Part shown: in pieces, positions 54,720 through 64,000 of the stretch
Position numbering within the stretch: position 1 is the stretch's first letter
How the letters are laid out: each line of letters starts with the position of its first letter
Assembly (NCBI GenBank): GCA_964016885.1
Contig: OZ024742.1
Location: 213,342,001-213,406,000, forward strand
Length of the DNA: 64,000 nucleotides
Origin: Eledone cirrhosa
Taxonomy: Eukaryota
Direction: 5' to 3'
The notes under the pieces: model-generated
The model's input: the letters and a program-made list of their open reading frames with translations, nothing else
The model's database searches: none
Told to the model about the DNA's origin: nothing
Made by a program: the position numbers and the translations under genes

Positions 54720-54772
54720 GAGATTCAACAGGACTAGAACTGTTTCATTCTTAAGAAATCATCAGGAATCTC
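54720..54772 (-). ncRNA. type I hammerhead motif, family G
   Basis: gagattc-CTGATGA-tttct ta agaat-GAAA-CAG ttctagtc CTG-TT-gaatctc; 7-bp stem I and a true stem III. An inverted partial copy (GUA triad) lies at 54773-54817. Confidence 0.8.
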
Positions 54773-54899
54773 CTGATGATTTCTAAAGAATGAAACAGTT
54801 CTTGTCCTGTAGAATCTGATCTATATTAAAACTTTTATACTCTGCTATGTATTGAGTACCTTACTTACTGTGGTTACCTCCGATTCAACCCGGAATAAC

Positions 54900-55240
<341 letters not shown>

Positions 55241-56068
55241 GTTTAAGAATAAACAAGACAAACATATGTAATAACACCGAGTTTTATATATATATTATGA
55301 TATATATGTGTGTGTGTGTGTGACTGTCTTTTTTATGCTTCCTTTTTTATGTCTCGGTAGGACGTGAGTTAAGGAATGTCTGGCGGATATTTCTAGGAGT
55401 CTTTGTTGTTCATGCTGCTGGTGTCATTATTTAACCTCGGGTCAATCCTAAGCGAATAGACCTACGATCGGAGGAATTTCCGTCTTTTTCCTATGAGCAA
55501 GGAAAGCCAGAACAAATTTATGGAGCGTGACTTTTTAAGATTGTATAATGCCATGCGAGGGGATTTGGGCTACTATTTTTAGCTGAACCAATGACAACAT
55601 GGAGGTTTCTTCACTAGCTCGTTCTAACAGCTGTAAATGTTGTTTGTGTGATGGCAGCTGTAGCGATAGGTGTTGTTGATTACCCCGAAGTTATCTTTTA
55701 TTAGGTAGAACTATTTTCAAAGACCTTCCTATTGTGACCATCATCATATTGTATATCGAGAACAAATTGTTTAAATGTCTCCTACGATTTTTTAAAGATT
55801 TGAGAGAAATTCAGTTGTTATGACCACGAAGAGGTTTCGGGGTTTGTAATATTACTAATTGTTGCTGTTGTTATGTAGAACCTGCCCCCAACGACTATGC
55901 ACTCACCGTCTTTTTTTTTTTGAAATCGTGCATCTCAAAATACAGGAATTACTATCCAGCGCGTCCCCCTCTGGGGAAATGTCTTCTTCATCCTATCCGA
56001 TGGGACTACGAGACGGACAATCTTTTAAACAGTGAATATTAAATGGAGGCCTATCTCTCTCTCTCTCT

Positions 56069-56173
<105 letters not shown>

Positions 56174-56867
56174 ACACACACACACTTATTTGTCCAAACC
56201 TTATCCATTGTGTATATCATATCATTAAACACAGTAGTGTATCATTTGAGCAAGATTTGCCTGATGTTTCTAGCAGGTCAAGCGCCCACGAAGAAGAGGC
56301 TCCTAGTGTTTAGAGTGGTAAGGGTAGTTGAGGTCATGGTTTGCATGAGCAGAATGTAAGCCATAAAAAGAATAATGAAATGGCGGGAAAGTTGGGTGCA
56401 GGAAGCGACGAGGTTGGAGGAATGGGAATGGAAAATGGAGAATGTAGGGAGGGTGTAATGGCGAATGGGAGAGATGTGAGATGAAAGAGGGAGGGGGAGA
56501 TGTATTATGATGGGAAATCAATAATAGACAAACAACGGAGAATTGGAATATTAGTGGTTAAATCATGCCGAGTCGACTCTTCTCCCATTCATGCCTGTGC
56601 ATATATATATATGTACACACACACTCACACACACACTCACACAAACACATACACACACACGCACAAACACACACACACACTCACATAAACACGCACTCAC
56701 ACACACACTCACATAAACACATACACACACACACACACAAACGCACACACACACACACACACACACACGCACTCACACACACACTCACATAAACACATAC
56801 ACACACACACACACAAACACGCACACACACACGCACTCACACACACAAACACATACACACACACGCA

Positions 56868-56910
<43 letters not shown>

Positions 56911-56974
56911 ATATATATATATAAGAGACGAAGCTTGTCGAATAGAATGGACACACATATATATATATATATAT

Positions 56975-57280
56975 AATATAGGATCAAAAGATGGTTAAAA
57001 GAGTTCCAAGTATTTTATTATGTGTATTTCAAAAACAAATATCATCATGGGATGATATCTGCGTTCTCATCAGATAAAATAGGGAGACATCTGATGAGAA
57101 CGCAGATATCATCCCATGATGATATTTGTTTTTGAAATGCGCATAATAAAATACTTGGAACTCTTTTAACCATCTTTTGATCTAATATTATTTATACTCT
57201 AGTCCTACAAACTGTTGAGTGCTACTTATCCGATATTTGCATTGCTTTATTGTGCTACTATAAAACTCACCTCCTACATA
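56975..57280 (+). mobile_element. family A element with an inverted 5' copy
   Basis: Arms 56975-57075 and 57089-57189; tail matches 6160-6282. Confidence 0.75.
57011..57081 (-). ncRNA. type I hammerhead motif, family A
   Basis: Complete stems I and II and core; loop III acac. A second core on + at 57091-57153 lacks most of the 5' strand of stem I. Confidence 0.75.
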
Positions 57281-57386
57281 TATATATATATATACACGCG
57301 CATTTTTTCTACATGGGAAAAACGGAGTATATGTAGAACGAGAAAATGCGAAGTAGTTTCCGATGTTAAATTCCTTTAATGATAAT

Positions 57387-57464
57387 GCTGTCATACATAT
57401 TTCAATGACGACAACAGTGGCCACACAATTCTGTGTACCCACTGCCATGACATCATCAGACAAC
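57387..57464 (-). ncRNA. family F hammerhead motif, cleavage triad mutated (AUG)
   Basis: gttgt-CTGATGA-...ggcagtgg..ccactgtt...-GAAA-T atgt A-TG-acagc. Confidence 0.55.
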
Positions 57465-57515
57465 TTCTTATATAATGAGGTTACATTCCCAAGGCAATCC
57501 AAACAAAAACGACAT

Positions 57516-57863
57516 GGGAACGGACAAGGCGTGTGTTCTTGAATCGCCTGCTCGTTCCCCTGTGGTCAACAATTCACCCCCCGCAAGTCTGCGCAGTCGC
57601 AAACGGAAGCTGACTATCCACTACACCAAAGGTTCTCAACCCATTTCGGCCAAATGCCCCTCAAAATCACGAAACGCCCCCTACCCTACAAGGGAACGGA
57701 CAAGGCGTGTGTTCTTGAATCGCCTGCCCGTTCCACTGTGGTCAACAATTCACCTCCGCAAGTCTGCGCAGGCGCAAACGGAAGCTGACTATCCACTACA
57801 CCAAAGGTTCTCAACCCATTTCGGCCAGACGACCCTCAAAATCACGAAACGCCCCCTACCCTA
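57516..57863. repeat. 175-bp tandem duplication in the family F element
   Basis: gggaacggacaaggcgtgtgttcttgaatcgcctg at 57516 and 57691; a single homologous unit at about 27720-27890. Confidence 0.85.
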
Positions 57864-58279
57864 TTTTTCCATTTTTCAATATACTACTGATTTTGATATC
57901 AGTAGATTACTGGGCCAAATCAAGTTATCTTAGACTCTTTTAAAAGATCTTTAAAAAATACTCGTACGAATTAAATACAAAAAAGTTTCAGTCCAAAACA
58001 AAAGCAAGCTATTTCAAATTATATATTTAAAAAAAAAAATGCATGAATGTTCTCAAAGATTTGAACTCAGTCGAAAAAGGTTCTTTTTTTTAAATTCTAT
58101 ATTTCACTGTTAGCCGTTGCAATATTTTGAGTGGATAGACAATTCTACAATTCAAACTGTAAAGTCAAAATACAAAAGATGCAAAATATGAAGAATTTCT
58201 TACCTTTCTCTTGAATCACAAACTCAAGGGGAAAATAGTACCTTGCAAAATAAAGTGCCTCGATCACAAAATAATAAAT

Positions 58280-58430
58280 TAGTCACTGAGTTGGTCACAG
58301 AATGTGTGACGAAAGGGTTTTGACAATAAACAAATAAATAACCATCTGTTTATTAAAATAACTACTGAAAGTTTATAATAGCTTTCAGTAATTACTTTTA
58401 TTGGCAGCACGACCCTCCCAAAGTATAACA
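58280..58430 (+). mobile_element. family I element with an inactivated HHR core
   Basis: Matches 63660-63830; the core reads CTGAGTT instead of CTGAGGA. Confidence 0.65.
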
Positions 58431-58473
<43 letters not shown>

Positions 58474-58494
58474 AGTGTGTGTGAGTGTGTGTGT

Positions 58495-58960
58495 CAGGTC
58501 GCTCTCGGGTGCTACTGGTAACATGTAACCTAGTACAACCTGTCTCATTGGCGGGTCGCCGGCTACTAAACCGGCAACCCCATCAAGCTTGCTTGGTGAG
58601 GAGGGTGATATTTGGACACCCTGCGGGATAAAATACAAGACCCGGCAAAAGGCGGAGGAACTCAACAGAATCAACGGCCATCCAAATAGTACTTTTTTTT
58701 TACCTGGGAGTGAAACGCCCCCAGTTGTTGTCACATCACCTTTCTAAGAGAGGGAAACTCTGAAGAAAAAGCCTGCGGCTTTGGAAGCATCTGTTGATGT
58801 TGACCAGTTCTCCTTTTCGAGTAGTGTTTTCGATGCTCAGAGAGTGGGATTGGTCGAGTGCAAGGCCTTTCCCCACTTAAAAAACCTTCAAAGCACAAGC
58901 ATTGCTTGTTTGCGATATGTTACAGGTTTGTGTGACTGACCATAGCCTAAAAGTTGCACC
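58495..58960 (+). mobile_element. dispersed repeat homologous to 711-1230 (RTE-like 5' UTR)
   Basis: Shared blocks with 711-1230; series of hairpins. Confidence 0.45.
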
Positions 58961-59010
58961 AAACTGACAAGCGATTGCAGTACCTTTAGCAGAGTTTGCA
59001 GCCATCTATA

Positions 59011-59138
<128 letters not shown>

Positions 59139-59949
59139 GCATGATAATGAAATGGTGTATTCTTGTCTGTGTATGTGTATCACATGCGGACTAGAATATC
59201 AAGTGGAATATCGTTAAGTTATGTAGGCTTTATGTGTATGTAACTGACAATGTTTGTTGTGCAATGCCGAGTAACGACTGACACTGAACTATTTACTGGA
59301 TTCTTGCACATATTCCACATTTGTAAGCACGTTAATAAGTATTTATTGTCCAAGTGACGTTGCATTAATGTAAGGAATTGTTGTAAATATAAACATGACG
59401 AGGATTTCCAATAATTGCCTGCTCTTATATTTTCCGACGTTTTTTTTACTTATTTTCTATACTTATATACTCCTTCTCCGCCATCACTCCATTAGTAAAC
59501 TGGAAGTTATATATTTTAATCTATTTATTTATATAATAAAGTTCATTCTATTTTAAAATTACACTGTTTTCAATTTAAATTTTTATCTATTCTTAGCGGC
59601 CGAAATAAGGTTCCTCTTCCTCCCCCCCCCTCCTCCTCCTCCTAAGGTCTAATTAGCTTGCAGAATTTTTAAACTTCTAAATTTGTGTCTATTTGTTGTA
59701 ACAATTTTATTAATTTTATTAATTTCATATAACCGTTAATCTTAGAGTAATTTGACATAAACATATGTCAGTGTGACCTTCCAAGAGAGATGAGATCTTT
59801 AGTTTTCTCTACACGTTATTTCTTTTAAACAAAAGCTATAGATAAACTATTTTCAACTTATAGATTCAAAGGAAAAGCGATTTCTTCAAAGGAATGTTTT
59901 CCAGAATGCACTGACAAAATTATTAACCACATCCTTTACATTCCAAAGC

Positions 59950-60016
59950 AAGACTTTTTGAAATGTTTTTCATATTTTTACTGTTCCATTAATGGATTGT
60001 ACTTGCAATTTCCTAG
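59950..60016 (-). mobile_element. very short RLE-LINE 3' fragment
   Basis: Matches 2722-2785 and 215-275. Confidence 0.65.
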
Positions 60017-60044
60017 TGCGTGTGTGTGTGTGTGTTTAAGTATA

Positions 60045-60361
60045 GATGGGACGAGGTCGCTAATGATCGCCCATGGAGACGAATGCTGTGCAAGGGGATG
60101 GAGGGAGAGGAGGAGAATTGAAACTTGCCTCTGAGGAAAAGCATAATCGAAAAAAAACAAAAAACACAGTAGCAACGGAGGAGAGCATCTAACAAATGCA
60201 GTTGCTGTATACAGGGCTGCCACATCCGCGGATGCTTGTACAGCCACAGCAGACACTGCATCGCTATCAGCAGTCGACACAAATTTCTACAGACGCAGAT
60301 CCATGGTCTTGCGAGACCGACGGATGCCGACGGATGCCGACGGATGCCGACGGATGCCGAT
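60045..60361 (+). mobile_element. probable RTE/BovB-like LINE 3' end with a 10-bp tandem tail
   Basis: WDEVANDR..., KCSCCIQGCHIRGCLYSHSRHC (C2H2-like terminal motif), then (ccgacggatg)x4. Confidence 0.55.
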
Positions 60362-60375
60362 AATATTTATAACAT

Positions 60376-60430
60376 TTTGTACTAACTAGCTTTGTACTAA
60401 CTAGCTTTGTACTAACTAGCTTTGTACTAA
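60376..60430. repeat. 15-bp tandem repeat (tttgtactaactagc) x3.7
   Basis: Direct perfect repeats. Confidence 0.9.
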
Positions 60431-60582
60431 GTATACAATAAATTCATGTCCATACAATCGGTACAAGTTTAAACCAAAGCTGCGAGAAATGTATATGTAA
60501 ACATCCATTTTTTACATGTTAAATGCATGTAAACGTGTGTTATTAGTGTATAGTTTAATATATAAATGAGTTAACTACCAAC

Positions 60583-61086
60583 GTAGTGGTGATGGTAGTG
60601 GTGGCTGGGGTGATAATGATGATGATGATGATGATGATGATGGTGGTGATGGTGATGGTGATGATGGTGATGGTGTTGATGATGATGATGATGATGATGT
60701 TGATGTTGATGATGATGGTGATGGTGATGATGATGATGATGATGATGATGATGTTGATGATGTCGGTGGCGGTAATGACGATGATGGTGGTGGTAGTGGT
60801 GGTGGTGGTGGTGGTGGTGGTAGTGGTGGTGGTGGTGGTGGTGGTGGTGGTGGTGGTGGTGGTGGTGGTGGTGGTGGTGATGGTGGTCGTGGTGGTGATC
60901 ATGATGATGATGGTGATGATGATGATGATGGTGGTGGTGGTGATGATGATGACGATGGCGGTGGTTGTGGTGGTGGTGCTGCTGCTGCTGCTGCTGATGA
61001 TGATGATGATAATGATGTTGGTGGTGATGATGGAGGTGATGATTATGATCGTGATGATGATGATGAAGATGATGATGATGATGATA
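60583..61086. repeat. compound (GAT)n/(GGT)n trinucleotide tract
   Basis: Direct run. Confidence 0.95.
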
Positions 61087-61179
61087 ACGAGTATCAGACA
61101 TTGGCACATGTTGTATATGTTACCCCGTGTAAACGGAATGCCGTAACCCGACACCATAATTTACATGAATATAATTTGT

Positions 61180-61565
61180 GAGGATTGGCAGTGTTGGTAG
61201 AGGGTCGGACGCCATGCTTTGCCGCATAGTTACGCCACTTTACGATCTGAGTTCAAATCCCGCCGAGGTTGACTTTGCCTTTCATCCTTACGGAGTCGAT
61301 AAAATAAAGTACCAGTAATGCACTGGGTTATTGCTGGCCCTGTGCCTAAAGTAGAAACAGTTATTAAAGTCACACGCGGTGGATTGGCAGTGTCGGTAGA
61401 GGGTCGGACGCCATGCTTTCCAGCATAGTTACGTCCCTTTACGATCTGAGTTCAAATCCCGCCGAGGTTGACTTTGCCTTTCATCCTTACGGAGTCGATA
61501 AAATAAAGTACCAGTAATGCACTGGGTAATTGCTGGCCTTGTGCCTAAAGTAGAAACAGTTATTT
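61180..61565 (+). mobile_element. head-to-tail pair of tRNA-derived SINEs
   Basis: Two copies of about 185 bp (61180-61365, 61376-61564), each with an A-box-like tggcagtg(t/c)gg, B-box gagttcaaatcc and tail agaaacagttatt. Confidence 0.85.
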
Positions 61566-62551
61566 GTGAAAAATCCTTTGTTAAAACTAATTTTGATGTA
61601 GCCTAGTGTGTGTTTATGTATTGTGTTTGTGAGTGTTCGCATGTGAGTGTGTGCCTGTATATATTGAGTGTGTGCGTGTGTGTATGTGAGTGTGCGTATA
61701 TGTATTGAGTGCGTGCGTGTATATAGTAAGCGTATGCATGTATATAGTGGGTGCGTATGTGCAGTGTGTGTGTGTGCGTGTGTGTAGTGACTGTGTTCGT
61801 GTGAGTGCGTGTGATTATGCTGTGGGCGTATGCGTGTAAACAGTGAGTGTGTGCGTATGTGCAGTTTGTGTGTGCGTGTATGTATATGCATTGTGTATGT
61901 TTGTGTGTGTAGTCGCCGTTTCTGCCGTTTTTCTTGTTTAAGCCGCAAGTCAGCCATGGTCGAACAGGCCTAATTACCGTGATTGTGTGAACAATTGGCA
62001 AAAATAGTGTCTGGAATAATTTGAAATAATATTAAGAGATTTCCTATAGGGAAATTTGATATCGATTGGATAAAATGATGGGTCATTGTGTTTCATAATT
62101 AGATTCTAAATGAAGGTAATGAGTGGATATTTTCTTCACTATTCTTCTTAATTTTCCTGTTCATATTTCCTACATTATGTTTCAAACATATTTTCTCACG
62201 ATATCAGGTGCTAAATTTCTACATATAAATGCATACTGTGATTAGGGTTCAACACTAAACCTTAATATATAACACCGGAGTTTTAATATTCTAAACACCT
62301 ATGATGGCATAGTCTTTCTGGACACACTCCTAATATAGTTTTCGTTCATCTTGACGCAATGCATAGCGCTTTCATATAGAAAAGAAATGAAACGTTAAGG
62401 TTTTTCTTAAGAAACGATCGATGTAAGCATGGTAAAAAATTTCTGTTAGAAAGCAGCATGTTGCTAGTTACTAACCCTTTCTTCTTGGTTTTGAACACAC
62501 ACACACACACACACACGCACAAGCACAATTTTTACAATAGCTTACGTTTAA

Positions 62552-62762
62552 CCCTTTAGCATTTAAACCGGTCATATCCGGCCAGAATTCTCTCACTTCT
62601 TTCTGTTCAAACAGGCCACTCATACCAATGTTAAGGCATTGTGCTCAAAATAAATAATATCAAAATCTCATAGATTCAATATTATGTGAGATAATTATGT
62701 GAGGTAAAGCCTTTACCGGGAAAATACAACAGTAAATATCGAATAATGAAAATGCTAAAGGC
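62552..62762. mobile_element. piggyBac-like MITE
   Basis: TTAA-ccctttagcattt ... aaatgctaaaggc-TTAA. Confidence 0.7.
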
Positions 62763-63440
62763 TTAATACTCAGTTTGAAGGACAGTCGCAATGTAGTCTT
62801 CTTCTAATGCTTGTTTATTCATTGTAAAGCGATCAGCTTGAGATAAAAAGAATAATTAACGCTGTCGGTAATTATTGCTGTACTTGTATTTGTTCGTAAA
62901 TGCCTAGTTGAAAATCTGGAAAAGCTTATATTTTTCTGGTAAAACGGTTAACCAGCTAATACACATTAAAAATATCATGAGTAAGTGGAGCAGTAAAAAT
63001 ATGCAATAGTTTTCTAAATTTCAACATGTGACACTGTTTTTTTTTTATCCAAATTACAGCGCCTACCTTCACATAACTGAAAACGAAATAAATAGCATTT
63101 ATACACATGCCATTCTATCCACGGCGAAGCATCTAATTAAAAACAAAAACAACTTGTAATATCTATATAAAATGTATTTTAAATCATCTACTACACACTG
63201 TGGTCTGTATAGATGTTTATTATTTAATTAACTATATTGGTAAATGAATGTACGTTACGTAAATTAGTCTGGCCATTTCAGTTATGCTCTACATCCAGCA
63301 TGACGTAAATAGGAAGTAGAATAAAGATCTTTCTACAAGCATAAACATAGACATAATTATCTTCTGATGAAGAGACAAACAATTTCCGAGACGCAGAATG
63401 AATAGTAAATACTACTACACGACGTTATTTTCAACTCACA

Positions 63441-63557
<117 letters not shown>

Positions 63558-63661
63558 CGACGTCACTGGTGCTAAGTTGTATCGCCCATTACCTTTTCCT
63601 TGTGTCAAAAAACAAGATGGTGTAGGACAGAACAAAGGAGAGACAGACAAAATATAAAATA

Positions 63662-63704
63662 GTCACTGAGGAGGTCACAGAATGTGTGACGAAAGAGCTT
63701 TGAC
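63662..63704 (+). ncRNA. minimal type I hammerhead motif, family I
   Basis: gtca-CTGAGGA-g-gtcaca gaatg tgtgac-GAAA-G ag C-TT-tgac; within an element (about 63555-63830) between (TA)n tracts. Confidence 0.75.
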
Positions 63705-63836
63705 AATATATAAACAACCTTCCGGTTATCGAACCAACCAATCAACCGGAAATTTATAATAAATTGAAGTGAAAACCGTTAGGTGCGTGTGTTTTTATTG
63801 ACAACGTGACCCTCCCAAAGTATAACAATATATATA

Positions 63837-63894
<58 letters not shown>

Positions 63895-64000
63895 AGGAGG
63901 TTATGGTTCACTTGAAGCATTGTGTAATGAGGTATAAACGTTTCAGTATGTATAATAAAGCCAAAACAATGCAGGCATGGACATAGAAAAAAGAATGCAA

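Noticed and set aside
60555-61157. Poly-His/Thr/Met/Val ORFs, and the many [12 protein letters not shown] ORFs across the window
   Set aside because: Translations of microsatellites; no coding evidence.
61180-61270. A/B-box sequences as tRNA genes
   Set aside because: No cloverleaf; they are heads of multi-copy SINEs, several with TSDs.
63361-63400. ctt-CTGATGA-agagac...tttcc-GAGA-cgca as a hammerhead
   Set aside because: GAAA and the NUH triad are both broken; single copy, cannot be supported.

Overview
AT-rich, repeat-saturated eukaryotic non-coding DNA; no host gene could be supported. The SINE and LINE families and the extreme microsatellite load suggest a cephalopod (Octopus-like) genome, which is an inference. 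Contents: one near full-length but disrupted Penelope-like element (PLE) with two pseudo-LTRs, an internally deleted Helitron plus two non-autonomous Helitrons, a decayed L1/Tx1-like LINE, fragments of RTE and R4/Dong-like LINEs, tRNA-derived SINEs and a TTAA MITE. The main signal is about nine sequence-distinct families of type I hammerhead-ribozyme (HHR) motifs, roughly 20 full or partial copies, most of them in short non-coding elements beside (TA)n tracts. Several show pairing-preserving substitutions between copies and fold-back junctions that fall inside the ribozyme. Five otherwise dissimilar families share a bulged ACTC/GAGT hairpin downstream. All structures were read by eye; none has been computationally folded or experimentally tested.
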